Origin: Thermoproteota archaeon
GTDB taxonomy: Archaea; Korarchaeota; Korarchaeia; Korarchaeales; Korarchaeaceae
Direction of reading: 5' to 3'
Assembly (NCBI GenBank): GCA_027492205.1
Contig: JAOZFN010000017.1
Location: 105,116-169,115 of the forward strand
Length of the DNA stretch: 64,000 nucleotides
The notes under the pieces are model-generated. The model did no database searches. It was not told where the DNA came from and saw only the letters and a list, made by a program, of their open reading frames with translations. Positions 9,859 through 19,854 of the stretch are shown here, one piece after another (position 1 is the first letter of the stretch; the number at the start of each line of letters is the position of its first letter). A program made the translations under genes and the position numbers.

Positions 9859-11265
9859 TCACGGCTCGGGTATCTGCTCGTAGATCGCCTCGTACCTCTG
9901 GAGGGCCGCGTCCCTCCAGAGGGCCTGCATCTGGGAGGCGAACGCCGGATCGGTCTTCATGCGCTCGTTGATCTGCTTGGCGAACTCCAGCGTGAAGGTC
10001 ATCTGCTGCCCGTTCTCCTCCCAGGACAGCGGCTTTCCTAACTCGTGGGCGAACTGCTCGAACTGCTCCTCAGTGATCTTCCCTGCCTCGTAGGCGTCGA
10101 CCAGCTTCTTCCAGACCCTGACGAGTTCGTCGTGCCTGTCGCACAGCACCGCGTCGAAGTAGTAGGCGACGGAGAAGTACACCTGGCCGGCGAGGCTCTC
10201 GTCGAACTCAATCGTCTGGAGGTTGATGGTCTCGTTGAACTTCTCGTAGAGGTCGGTCCTCTGCCTGCCCTCCGGGGTCTGGAAAACCTTCGGGGATATC
10301 GGGAGCCTGTTCACCTTGGGGTCGAGCCAGATCTTCTGGCCATCGGTGAGAACCCACCTTATGAAGGCCTGCGCGGCCTCCGGGTGCTCGGACGTGGCGC
10401 AGAGCGCTATCGGATCGCCGTTGACGATGCTGTTGGGCGGGGTCACGTAGACGAAGTCTGGAGACTTGGTCTGCAGCTCGTAGCCGTAGAAGTCTATCAT
10501 GATCCCTATGGGAACCTCCCCCGTCTGGACGGCGAACTGGGCCTCCACAGACCCGCCGTAGGGCCTTCCGTTGGCGGCGAGCCTGGTGAGCAGCACCCAG
10601 CCGTCCTCCCAGCCGTATGCCTGCAGGATGATCTGATAGATCCTGGAGTGGGAGGTCGAGGTGGTGGACCTCGCGAAGGATATCGCGGGCATCGGGAGCA
10701 TCTTGGCGTACACGGGGCTGGCCAGGTCGTCCCACGTCGCGGGCTCGGGCAGCCCCCTCTCGGCGAGCTGCTTCTTGTTGTAGGTGAATCCGAAGGACGA
10801 GATGGCGGCCGCGACCCAGGTGACCTGACCGTCGTCGTACCTCTTCATGGCGGACCCGCTTATCGTGTCTGGGATCTCCGAGATCACTTGGAGGAGCTCT
10901 GGGTCGGTCATCGGCTGCAGGAGTCCCTTGTCGGCCAGGTCGTTGAAGACGGTGGGGCCCCCGCCCCACGCCACGTCGATCCTCTCCTTCTTGATCACGT
11001 CCGGCCACAGGGCCGCGTTCGGGCCGTAGAAGCGGATGTCGACTATGTTGTACTGCCTGGCCAGGTCGGACTTGAGAAACTCCTCCTTAGTCAGCAGCCA
11101 AATGGTGCTGGCGTGCCTGGTTATCACCTTCAGGGTGATACCCTGCTTGGACGGTCCGGCGGTCGGGGTGGGCCCGGCGCCTCCCCCTCCCCTCGTGAGG
11201 AAGAGGGCCGCGCCTATAAGTACGATGACGACCGCCAGGATGGCCACCAAGTACTTGGCTCCCAA
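9859..11265 (-). CDS. ABC transporter substrate-binding protein (Fe3+/AfuA-like family)
   Basis: N-terminal anchor and G/P/T linker; IDVAWGGG, SSFGFTYN, TWDDLASP, STSHSRIYQIILQAYGWEDGW, NGDPIAL. Confidence 0.9.
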   Translation of the reverse strand: MGAKYLVAILAVVIVLIGAALFLTRGGGGAGPTPTAGPSKQGITLKVITRHASTIWLLTKEEFLKSDLARQYNIVDIRFYGPNAALWPDVIKKERIDVAWGGGPTVFNDLADKGLLQPMTDPELLQVISEIPDTISGSAMKRYDDGQVTWVAAAISSFGFTYNKKQLAERGLPEPATWDDLASPVYAKMLPMPAISFARSTTSTSHSRIYQIILQAYGWEDGWVLLTRLAANGRPYGGSVEAQFAVQTGEVPIGIMIDFYGYELQTKSPDFVYVTPPNSIVNGDPIALCATSEHPEAAQAFIRWVLTDGQKIWLDPKVNRLPISPKVFQTPEGRQRTDLYEKFNETINLQTIEFDESLAGQVYFSVAYYFDAVLCDRHDELVRVWKKLVDAYEAGKITEEQFEQFAHELGKPLSWEENGQQMTFTLEFAKQINERMKTDPAFASQMQALWRDAALQRYEAIYEQIPEP

Positions 11266-11392
11266 GACTCACCACCCCGCAGACGAGGATCAGCTGCACG
11301 CCTCCACTATAAAGGCGCCCTTCCGGGTCTCTCTGGGAGGGGCCCTTTCGACCTACCCGCACGCTCGGGAGACCTGAAAAGGAACAGCGAGT

Positions 11393-11416
11393 AGAAAGAA
11401 AATAGGAGGGGGGAGG
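11393..11416 (-). terminator. Pyrimidine/U-rich archaeal terminator after the 340-aa surface protein gene
   Basis: Minus strand reads CCTCCCCCCCTCCTATTTTCTTTCT immediately after the stop codon. Confidence 0.5.
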
Positions 11417-11419
11417 CCC

Positions 11420-12442
11420 TCACTTCTTCTTGAGGGCCAGCGCGGCGCCGACGATGATCACGATCACCACGACGGCGATCGCTATGTAGGTCGTCGGGAT
11501 GGCCGGGCCGGCGCTCTCCTCCGTGAGTCCCCAGGCGAAGGCGTTCTTGGCGAAGGTGGCTCCCTGGAGCTCGACGCCGTGGTACTCGGGGGTGATGATC
11601 ACCCTGTCCCCGAGCAGGGACTCTCCGGTGACGATTACCTTGCTGTACTTGTTGCCGACCTTGATCTTCTCGGCGGCGGCCTCGACGAACTGGCCGGTCT
11701 CGCCGACCGCGTGGGCCTTCGGGTCGACGCCGTCGTGGCTCACCACGGTGCCGCTGGGCGAGGACCTGTAGAGCCACGTCACGGTCTCGCCGTTGTCAAC
11801 CTGGCTGAACGGCACGAACTGACCGTTCTTGTATCCGACGACGAAGGTCGGGCCGTGGAACAGGACCTTGGGGGCGCCGGCGGTTATCTGGGCGGCCCAG
11901 CCCTGCGTGTTGGCCTCGTAGCTGATGACCCTGTAGCCGGCGCCGGCGTTGGACTCGGGGTCCTCGAGGCTGCCGTACTCGAGCCTCAGGCTGGAGCCTA
12001 TGGCCTCGAGGATCTTGTTGGGCTCACCGGCCTTGAAGGAGGTGTCCTCGGGGTTCAGGTAGGGCTCGACGTAGTCGGAGTCTGCCCCCACCCACAGGAA
12101 CTTGCCTCCCTCCTTGAACCAGTTGGCTATGGCCTGAACCTCTGCGGAGGAGAAGCCGCTGTCGTAGTCCTTCATCTTGCCGATGACCAGGGCGTCGACC
12201 CCCTCGAGAGCTGCCGGGGTTATCTCGGTAAGCTCCTTCACCTGATAGCCCGCGGAGGTCAGCAGGTCCTTCAGGGCCTGGAGGTTCTTCTGCCCCCACT
12301 CGCTGTCCAAGTCCTTGATCCTGCCGGGGGTGAGGTCCAGCGCGACGACCTTCTGATCCTGGGCGGACACGCTGGTGCCGAACCACACACCCACGGAGAG
12401 TGCGAAGAGGGCCACCAAAGCCAGAGCGAGCAACTTCCTCAT
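11420..12442 (-). CDS. Secreted, C-terminally membrane-anchored protein (DUF4350/GATase1-like fold)
   Basis: Signal peptide MRKLLALALV; FSSAEVQAIANWFKEGGKFLWVGADSDY; C-terminal TM plus KKK; very strong GC3 bias suggests high expression. Confidence 0.7.
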   Translation of the reverse strand: MRKLLALALVALFALSVGVWFGTSVSAQDQKVVALDLTPGRIKDLDSEWGQKNLQALKDLLTSAGYQVKELTEITPAALEGVDALVIGKMKDYDSGFSSAEVQAIANWFKEGGKFLWVGADSDYVEPYLNPEDTSFKAGEPNKILEAIGSSLRLEYGSLEDPESNAGAGYRVISYEANTQGWAAQITAGAPKVLFHGPTFVVGYKNGQFVPFSQVDNGETVTWLYRSSPSGTVVSHDGVDPKAHAVGETGQFVEAAAEKIKVGNKYSKVIVTGESLLGDRVIITPEYHGVELQGATFAKNAFAWGLTEESAGPAIPTTYIAIAVVVIVIIVGAALALKKK

Positions 12443-12634
12443 TGTGCCCTCACTGAGGGGGGTCTGGCCAGTGACTGCTATTAATGTTTGGCTTGAGGCG
12501 TTGCAGGTCCGTAGCTAATTTCCATGAGAAGTAAAGTGCCGGATTGTCTTACGAACCTATTGGGCGTTTCGAATAAAAAAATCTCAGAAAGCCGAGGGCT
12601 CAGTCGCTGATTTTCGACTCTCGCCTTCTCCAGT

Positions 12635-14380
12635 TTAGCGCCTCAACTTATAGGCCACCGCGATGGCAGCCGCCGCCAGAATCGCCACGCCGATCATCCA
12701 GATCGGGAAGTGAACCTTCTCTGCCCCTGTCTCGCCCGTCGGTCCGGTGGGCGATCCCCAGCTGATCACCTTCTCCACGGTGGTCGCCCTGCCAGACAGG
12801 TCGAGGGCCTCCACCCTGAAGCTGGCCTGACCCGCCTCCCGGGGCACCTGTGTGGTCGCGAGGAAGGTGTCCCCGTCGAGCCTGAGGAGTTCCACCTCTT
12901 GCCAGCTCTGACCGTCGGTTGACACCCGAAGTCTGACGTCTGAGACCCCCGAGACGTCGTCTCTGACGGTCAGGTTGACTCGAATGACCACCGTGCCGCC
13001 CACCTTCGGCTCCGCCTGGAACTCGACCGTCGGAGGGCTGGAGTCCTCCTCTGCCCATACCTTCACCACCCTATCCTGCCCCGGGGGAACGGTCACGGCC
13101 ACGTACGCCACACTGTAGCCGAGTCTGGACTCCCTGATCCCCAGAAGGTCCCCTCCCTCGACCTCCACGCTGCCGCTGCCGCTTATCCGGGCCACCAGGG
13201 TTCCGTTGAGCGGCCACGGAGACCTGTTGATCACCCTGGCCGAGAAACCCCCGGCGCTCCCGTCGTTGACCTGGTAGTGCTCCACCTCGAACCAGTTCAG
13301 CGGGATCGGTTTCTCCACACCTCCGAGCCACCTCAGGCTGCCGTCCGGCTCGATCGTGAAGATCCTGTATCCGGGTACGGCCTTCTCGGCCGCCTTCTCC
13401 ACGTCTCCGTAGGAGTTGGGATTCGTCACCATCAGTATTGGCTCCGTATAGACGTAGTTCTCGTGCATGTGCCCAGAGAGAGCAGCCGTCACGCCCCGCT
13501 CGGCCATCAGCCGGATCACGGTGTCGGAGTCGGCCCCGGGCACGGCCTCCAGGTTCCAGGGCGGGTGGTGGAACAGCACTATCTTCACGGTCGCGTTGGT
13601 GGCGGACAGGTCCCGATCGAGCCAAGAGACCTGGTCAACGCCCAGTTTGCCCTCAAGCGATCCCGGACCGGTGTCCACGCTCACGACGTGTACCTCTGGC
13701 CCGATGTCGAGGCTTAGGTTGGATGGGGCCAGGTACATGACGAAGGGCGCGCCCTTGATCGAGTGGTCGTGGTTTCCGGGTATCAGGACGATGGGGACGT
13801 CGAACGCGGGCATCAGCCTGCGGAGTCCCTGAAATATGACCTCGTGGGGGTTGTTGCACACGTCGCCCGTGTGGATCACGAAGTCCGGCCTGAGGAAGTT
13901 GATCAGCCAGACGTCTCGGACGAACTGGGCCGCCTGGTGGAGTTGTCCGGGCCTGTTGTCGTAGTGGGTGTCGGAGATCCATAAGACCGTGAAGGGAGGG
14001 TCGAGGTCCTCCAGCACCGCCACCGAGTTTGGCTCGCGCCTCACCTCGCCGCCCTCCAGCTCCACGACGAGGTCGTACAGCCCGGGAGACGCCTCCGGCG
14101 GCAAAGCCGCCTCGACCTCGGTCTTTCCGTCGGCGGCCGTGGTCCCCTCGACGGACAGCTCGTACTCCCCAAACTCGTTCTCTATCCTCACGGCGCCGAC
14201 CGAGACCTCGCCGACGAGCTTGATCCTTATCCCGCTCCCCGGAGCGGTGAATGCAGGGAAGCCGATTCTCGGAAGCTCGATGCCGGAGAGAGGTGACTCG
14301 CCCGATGCGACGACATGAACGGATGTAGCGGATGCGGTGAGGGAGAGGAGGAGGGCGGCTGCCCCGCTCCTCCAGCTCAC
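12635..14380 (-). CDS. Surface-anchored calcineurin-like metallophosphoesterase (canonical GNHD)
   Basis: Signal peptide; SDTH, HTGD, PGNHDH, FHHP, SGHMH; Ig-like domains; C-terminal TM plus KLRR. Confidence 0.88.
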   Translation of the reverse strand: MSWRSGAAALLLSLTASATSVHVVASGESPLSGIELPRIGFPAFTAPGSGIRIKLVGEVSVGAVRIENEFGEYELSVEGTTAADGKTEVEAALPPEASPGLYDLVVELEGGEVRREPNSVAVLEDLDPPFTVLWISDTHYDNRPGQLHQAAQFVRDVWLINFLRPDFVIHTGDVCNNPHEVIFQGLRRLMPAFDVPIVLIPGNHDHSIKGAPFVMYLAPSNLSLDIGPEVHVVSVDTGPGSLEGKLGVDQVSWLDRDLSATNATVKIVLFHHPPWNLEAVPGADSDTVIRLMAERGVTAALSGHMHENYVYTEPILMVTNPNSYGDVEKAAEKAVPGYRIFTIEPDGSLRWLGGVEKPIPLNWFEVEHYQVNDGSAGGFSARVINRSPWPLNGTLVARISGSGSVEVEGGDLLGIRESRLGYSVAYVAVTVPPGQDRVVKVWAEEDSSPPTVEFQAEPKVGGTVVIRVNLTVRDDVSGVSDVRLRVSTDGQSWQEVELLRLDGDTFLATTQVPREAGQASFRVEALDLSGRATTVEKVISWGSPTGPTGETGAEKVHFPIWMIGVAILAAAAIAVAYKLRR

Positions 14381-16254
14381 TTGGACCCCCTCCTGAGGGC
14401 TAGGAGGGCGGCGACGGCGACCACGACTATGCCAGCTATCCAGAGCACTAGGTTGGAGGCCAGGCCAGCCCCTCCCTCGGGGCCTGGCTGGGGCGTCGGC
14501 GCCGGGCTGGTCGTGGCCGGAGCCAGCTTGCTTATCTCGCCGAAGAACTCCGCCTCGTTGCCCGCAGCGTCCGTGGCCGTGATCTTGAAGTAGCGGTACT
14601 GGTCTGGCGAAACCCTCCAGACTGGCCAGCCCGTGTCGAACTCCGGCTCCAGCTCGCTCCAGGTGGAGTTGTCCGGCGAGACGTAGACCCTGTACTCAAG
14701 CACGCCGAGGCCCTCGTCGGTGATCCTGGGCCAGATCTCCTTGCGACCGTCCTTCGCGTCCTTCAGGTCTGCAGATATCTTCGGCGGCGACTGGTCAGGC
14801 TTTAGGTAGATCTTCACGACCCTCTCCTCGCCGGGGGCCAGGGCGACCGTGAGCTCGTAGGCCCCCTTGCCGGAAGCCCCGTAGGCCGCCGAGAGTTCGG
14901 CGCCCTCGACCTTGGGGCTGGGGTCGAAGGACGAGAGCACCACGGGCAGCCTCAGGGTCACCTCCTCCTGTCCCTTGTTCCAGACCCTGATGGCCACGGC
15001 GTAGGAACTACCGTCGTAGGCCTGGAGGTACTCGGCGCCGAGTTCGGAGACTGAGGGGGAGGAGGGCTGATACCAGAAGCCCCCGTCTGCGGTGAACCTC
15101 AGGTGCCTGTAGTGCCCGAAGTCGCCCTCAGGACCCCCGTAGCTTGTTCCGTGATCATGCTGCCCGGCTTCGGTGACCAGGCACAGTACGTCGCCGAACT
15201 TACCCTGATCGTCGCTATGCCAGTGGCCGGTGAGGACGACGGGCGCGTTGGCCATGTGCGCTATGTCGACGACCCTCTGCACCGTCTGATTGTAGTCGAG
15301 GGTGCCCTGGAACTTCCCATCCGGACCGTAGAGCCAGACCCTTATGTCCTGATCCATGAGCGGATAATGCGTGAGTACGGCCCCGGTACCACCCTTTCCC
15401 TCTAGCAGAGACTCGATCAGGTCGAACTGGTATCCGAAGATCTTTCCCGTGTCCGAGTCGATCTGGACGAAGTGAAAGTTTGGCCCCACGTCCACGACCC
15501 CGTAGAACGGGCCAAAGTACTTCTCCCAGTAGTACTGCTTCTTCTCCACGGCCGTGTAGTCGTTGTTTCCCTCTACGGCTATCAGGGGGACTCGAAGCCT
15601 CACGAGATCCCTGTACGCCTCTCTAAACGGGTCCTCCTCGTCAGGCCTGGCAATCGCGTCTATGACATCTCCGGTGTGGACCACGACGTCGGGCCTCAGG
15701 CCGTTTATGGTCGCCACCAGCATCCTAAAGAGCTGCTGATTCCTGTGGTGCTTGGGTATGTCCCTCGTCCCGTAGTGCGTGTCGGTGAACTGGATGACGC
15801 GGATCTCCGTGGGATAGGAATCTCCGAAGACGTAGACCGAGTTGGGCTCGGTGAACCTGAGTCCCGACCCCTCTACCGTCAGGTTGTACAGGCCTGGCGG
15901 AACGTCCTCGGGGACCCTGACGGTCACCCACCATCCGCCCACGCCCTCGTCGAATCCCTGGTCGACCGCGTCTAGGGCGTAGCGCCAATCCTCGGTGAAC
16001 ACCGACTCCAGGTAGGCGCTCCACGTCACCGAGGATGGGAGGTCGTCGGTCCTTGCGATCCAGGCGGTGAAGGCGTCTCCGTAGGCGACGAAGGCTGGGG
16101 ATGTCAGGCGGGGGTACAATACGTGATTCAGCGGCGTCACGTGGTACTCCGGGAACGGCGGCTGCGGGGCGGATGAGAACTCGGCGGTGGTCGAGGGGGC
16201 GACAAACAGGACGAGCAGGGAGACTGCCAGCAGGCCTCCACCCCTGACCCTCAA
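14377..16254 (-). CDS. Surface-anchored calcineurin-like metallophosphoesterase paralog (GNND variant)
   Basis: Signal peptide; TDTH, HTGD, EGNND, THYP, TGHWH; P/T linker; C-terminal TM plus RRGSK; 4-nt overlap with the next gene. Confidence 0.88.
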   Translation of the reverse strand: MRVRGGGLLAVSLLVLFVAPSTTAEFSSAPQPPFPEYHVTPLNHVLYPRLTSPAFVAYGDAFTAWIARTDDLPSSVTWSAYLESVFTEDWRYALDAVDQGFDEGVGGWWVTVRVPEDVPPGLYNLTVEGSGLRFTEPNSVYVFGDSYPTEIRVIQFTDTHYGTRDIPKHHRNQQLFRMLVATINGLRPDVVVHTGDVIDAIARPDEEDPFREAYRDLVRLRVPLIAVEGNNDYTAVEKKQYYWEKYFGPFYGVVDVGPNFHFVQIDSDTGKIFGYQFDLIESLLEGKGGTGAVLTHYPLMDQDIRVWLYGPDGKFQGTLDYNQTVQRVVDIAHMANAPVVLTGHWHSDDQGKFGDVLCLVTEAGQHDHGTSYGGPEGDFGHYRHLRFTADGGFWYQPSSPSVSELGAEYLQAYDGSSYAVAIRVWNKGQEEVTLRLPVVLSSFDPSPKVEGAELSAAYGASGKGAYELTVALAPGEERVVKIYLKPDQSPPKISADLKDAKDGRKEIWPRITDEGLGVLEYRVYVSPDNSTWSELEPEFDTGWPVWRVSPDQYRYFKITATDAAGNEAEFFGEISKLAPATTSPAPTPQPGPEGGAGLASNLVLWIAGIVVVAVAALLALRRGSK

Positions 16255-16353
16255 GGCTCAAACCCAAAACTTTCCCCCGGCGACAGTCTATAAACGATTG
16301 GGGGGTCGGGAGAACTCTGCCGACCGCGACACCGGAGATGACCTGGGGGCTCG

Positions 16354-16700
16354 TTACGGGCCCAGATAAGCGGTTTCTGACGTGATCGTTCTTTAGAAGC
16401 TCCTCCCCCGATCCCTCCAGCACTATCCTCTTGGTCTCGATCACGTAACCCCTGTCGGCTATGGAGAGCGCCTGCTGAACATTCTGCTCAACCAGAAGGA
16501 CGGTGACCCCTTCCTCTCGGATCTGCTCGACAGCACTCAAGACCTCTTGGACTACCTTGGGGGCCAGACCCAGGCTCGGCTCGTCGAGCATCAGCAGCTT
16601 GGGGGAGGACATGAGGCCCCTTGCTATGGCCAGCATCTGCTGCTCTCCCCCGCTGAACGTCCCCACGCTGGGTCTGAGGCCCCAAACTGCCTCCAGATGT
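16354..16700 (-). pseudogene. livF: C-terminal remnant of a branched-chain amino acid ABC ATPase LivF
   Basis: GTFSGGEQQMLAIARGLMSSPKLLMLDEPSLGLAPKVVQEV...LLVEQNVQQALSIADRGYVIET; Walker A half absent; a further frameshift precedes AYLGP*. Confidence 0.88.
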
Positions 16701-16716
16701 CCTCTACACTCAGCGC

Positions 16717-16756
16717 TCCGCCATTGGTTCAGCATCGATCCGCCATTGGTTCAGCA
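16717..16756. repeat. 18-bp direct repeat TCCGCCATTGGTTCAGCA x2, 4-bp spacer
   Basis: Exact copies at 16717-16734 and 16739-16756. Confidence 0.9.
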
Positions 16757-16964
16757 GCCTCGGCGATACTTGCTGATCTTGAAAGAGACGGAGGGAGGGG
16801 GCTCTCCAAGATTCGACTCCAGCGAAGTCGTACAAATCCCCCCGAGAGCGGTCGTGCGTGGGTTGAGGGCCTCACGTGGCCAAAGCCGCTTGCTCGCGAT
16901 ACACTGCGAGCTAGTGCGTCTACCCCGGGCAGTGAGAGGCCTGAGAGCGAGGACCGGAACCAAT

Positions 16965-17054
16965 CCGCCGCCCCCGACCGCGTCTCCCCCCGATCGGGAG
17001 CGCTGGAGGGGGATGCAGATGGCCGTCGAGGAGATCAACGCAAACGGGGGTTAG
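16965..17054 (+). pseudogene. Short remnant of a LivK/LivJ-type substrate-binding protein
   Basis: RGMQMAVEEINANGG* matches the conserved G.xAVEEINAxGG motif. Confidence 0.6.
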
Positions 17055-17175
17055 TGGTTTAAGGTCGACAAGGGGATCCGAGCACGGCCATAACGCCGCG
17101 ACGGAACAGCCTAATCGCTAATGAGCGGAGTCCGGTGGTTGTCACTGCTGGTAAATCGTGCGAAATATCCGGGAG

Positions 17176-19215
17176 TCAATCCTCCAACAGGGCCGCAAGA
17201 ACTTCCTTCTCGATTGAGGCCTCACGGGTCTTAACTCTACGTAGAACCGTCAGCGTGAGAAGGACGAGGATCGAGCCCACTACAAGTGCTAGGAACCAGG
17301 TGGGAATTACCGACACCCTGATGCTGCTCTCGGCCAGGGTGGTTCCCTCGAAGAGGGCCCTGGCGTATACCGCGTGCTCACCCGTCGGCACCCTGATGCT
17401 GAAGACCCGGCTACCGCCCTCCTCGATGGTGACGTTTTGCCGGAGGGCGGGGGAAGAGTCCACGAAGCACTCCAGCGTAATGTTGAGGGGAAGCGGATAG
17501 GGGTTGTCCACGCTGAGCTCCACCTCCGCGGACCCCAGCTTCACCCCCGCAGGGGCCTCCAGTCTGAGGGGGATGGATGGGCCCACCACGGCTGCCGATA
17601 GGTTGTATTCTGCCGTGAAGGTTCCCGCCGAGCCTAAGACGCGGATCCTCAGGCGGTGGACTCCGGGCTCAAGCGGCAGGGTTATGTTCTGATAGGTGGG
17701 GCCCGGGGGTAGGCTGCAGCCCTCGCTATACACCTCGACCCCGCGGTCGAGCACGGCAACCCTGATGGGGACGTCTACGGGATTCGGGTTCGTGATCGCG
17801 AGGACTATCCTGACCGGCCCCCCTGGTGGGCTAAGGGCCCAAGCCCTGAGCCTCGGCGGCTCCAGCGAAGTAACCTTGGTGGAGGTCGCGTGAACCCCGC
17901 CGGGGGAGCGACACTCGATCTCAAGCAGGTGATCCCCCGGGGGGGCGTCCATCGCGAGGCTCACGTTACTCTCACCCGGGGGGAGCCGGATCTCCCTCTC
18001 CTCCACCGGGACTCCGTCTAGACTGACGGTCAGGGTGACCTCGACGGCAGCAGGGGCCCTATTCTCCAGCGTGAGGTTCAGGCTCAGCCGGCCCCTGGGA
18101 GCCGTCACCTCCACAGGAGCCAAGACGTGGACTGGAGACGCCACGAACGCGGCAACTCCGAAGAGTCCCCCGACGGCCACCGCCCCGAAGTTCGGGCTCC
18201 ACTCCATCACCGTGGCGGAGTCGGGCAACAGCCCGGTGGAGAGGACGATCTCCCCCTCTGGAGACAGGATGAGCAACCACCTGTATGAGAGGACCGCGAG
18301 CCTGTCTCCCTCCTGGCTCCAGCGAACCTCCCGGATCGCCCTACCGTACCTCGGCTTCAACCAGAGCACGGCGCCGGTTGAGTTGAGGGCCGCGACCCAG
18401 TCTCCACCTGCAGCGGCCAGACCCGTCTGAGACCAGTCCACCGAGTGGATTGGCGTCCCAAGCGGGTTTGACCTCCACAGCTCTCTCCCGCCGGAGTCGT
18501 AGCACACCAACACCGAGCTGGCCAGCCCAACGACGAGCCTCGAGGAGTCTGGGGACCACGCTGCCGAGGAGAGTTCGTCGCCATACCTTAGAGCCAGCCC
18601 GGCCCTCGTCGTCCAGGCCTGAGATCCGTCCTCAGACATAACCGTCAGCCTTCCGTTGTCCAGCCCCACGGCCACGAGTCGGCCATCTGGAGACCAGGCG
18701 ATAGAGGAGGCCCCGGCCTCTAAGCTCACCTCGGAGACGAGACTTCCACTACCCGTGATCAGCAGGAGAGAGGACTCCCTCCCCCTGGGAACCAGTCTAG
18801 AGATGGCTACGGCCAGAGTTCGGCAGTCTGGAGACCACTCCAACAGAGCCTCTTCTCCTCCGCCCTTGACCGGTATCTCCACGAGTTCCCGCCCACTCCC
18901 GTCGAGGATGATTACCGAGCTGGCTGTAACCGCTCCCAGCTTGCCGAGTGGACACCAATCCAGGCCGAGCGGCTCGCCAACCTTAACGGACCACACCACT
19001 TCACCGGAGGAAGAGTTCAGGGCCGAGATTCCGTCCTCGGTGACGACGGCTATGAGGGCTCCATCTGGAGACCAGCTGAGGTCTTCAACTGAGCCGATCT
19101 CCTCATTCATCCATATGAGGATGTCCCCCCCGACCGCGATCGGCTGGCTCAATGCCAAGACGGTGTGGGAAAACGTCAGGACAAGCACGGCGAGGGCCGA
19201 GGTCGGCTTCCTCAT
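17176..19215 (-). CDS. Surface-anchored WD40/beta-propeller protein with three CARDB/Ig-like domains (paralog 1)
   Basis: Signal peptide MRKPTSALAVLV; repeated WSPDG units; Ig-like NxxP..V/L..GxHxL repeats; C-terminal TM. Confidence 0.8.
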   Translation of the reverse strand: MRKPTSALAVLVLTFSHTVLALSQPIAVGGDILIWMNEEIGSVEDLSWSPDGALIAVVTEDGISALNSSSGEVVWSVKVGEPLGLDWCPLGKLGAVTASSVIILDGSGRELVEIPVKGGGEEALLEWSPDCRTLAVAISRLVPRGRESSLLLITGSGSLVSEVSLEAGASSIAWSPDGRLVAVGLDNGRLTVMSEDGSQAWTTRAGLALRYGDELSSAAWSPDSSRLVVGLASSVLVCYDSGGRELWRSNPLGTPIHSVDWSQTGLAAAGGDWVAALNSTGAVLWLKPRYGRAIREVRWSQEGDRLAVLSYRWLLILSPEGEIVLSTGLLPDSATVMEWSPNFGAVAVGGLFGVAAFVASPVHVLAPVEVTAPRGRLSLNLTLENRAPAAVEVTLTVSLDGVPVEEREIRLPPGESNVSLAMDAPPGDHLLEIECRSPGGVHATSTKVTSLEPPRLRAWALSPPGGPVRIVLAITNPNPVDVPIRVAVLDRGVEVYSEGCSLPPGPTYQNITLPLEPGVHRLRIRVLGSAGTFTAEYNLSAAVVGPSIPLRLEAPAGVKLGSAEVELSVDNPYPLPLNITLECFVDSSPALRQNVTIEEGGSRVFSIRVPTGEHAVYARALFEGTTLAESSIRVSVIPTWFLALVVGSILVLLTLTVLRRVKTREASIEKEVLAALLED

Positions 19216-19422
19216 CCTCCGAATCCCCCAGAGATCTTGAAATATAAAATCCGTTTTCAGAGTAAAAGCTAGAGAAGAGATAGAGATGGGGGAGACGTCG
19301 GGCCTTGGGCAGATTTCCCCAGGAACCGAGCTGACATCCTGGGGGAGGGGGGAGGGTATCACGCTGAGGGGGACCGGCCCTCGGGGGTTTCTCGACCCCC
19401 TCCAGGCGGCACACAAGCCCCC

Positions 19423-19788
19423 TCACTTCTGAGTGAGGCCTGGGGTCTGAAGCGAACCCGCGCCTCTCTCCTCCGGTTCGACGATGACGGCCGTTCCCCA
19501 CGCGTTTATCACGATGGCTCCCTGCAGGAGTTCGGTCGTCTCGAAGTCTATGCCCACGATGGCGTTGGCTCCCATCTCCGCAGCCTTGGAGATCAACCTC
19601 TGCAGGCACTCCGACCTGGCCTTCTCCACCTCCGTGACGTAGGCGCGCACCTCCCCGCCCACGAGGCTCTGGAGGGCCGCGGCGAGCTGGCCTCCAACCC
19701 CCCTCGTCCTGACAGAAGTCGCGTGTACGAGTCCCACCACCCGGGCAACCCTGTGACCCGGTATGTGGGGAGTTGTCACCGCGATCAT
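19423..19788 (-). CDS. YbjQ/UPF0145 family protein
   Basis: LVGGEVRAY...KAR..CLQRL..KAAEMGANAIVGIDFE..AWGTAV. Confidence 0.9.
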   Translation of the reverse strand: MIAVTTPHIPGHRVARVVGLVHATSVRTRGVGGQLAAALQSLVGGEVRAYVTEVEKARSECLQRLISKAAEMGANAIVGIDFETTELLQGAIVINAWGTAVIVEPEERGAGSLQTPGLTQK

Positions 19789-19854
19789 GCCGCGCCCCGC
19801 TGAGCGCGCCCCACAGAAATATCTTACCGGCAGATCGACGCCCGGGGACAGGCG

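Noticed and set aside
7872-12484. Long alternative-frame and antisense ORFs (e.g. 7872-9431, 10045-11394, 11579-12484; likewise 56717-58051)
   Set aside because: Shadow ORFs caused by high GC3; they overlap well-supported genes and have Arg/Gly/Pro-rich or mirror-codon composition with no motifs
15725-16735. 336-aa ORF as an intact LivF fusion protein
   Set aside because: Only about 100 aa match LivF, Walker A is missing, and the rest is read-through into another frame of the phosphoesterase gene after a frameshift
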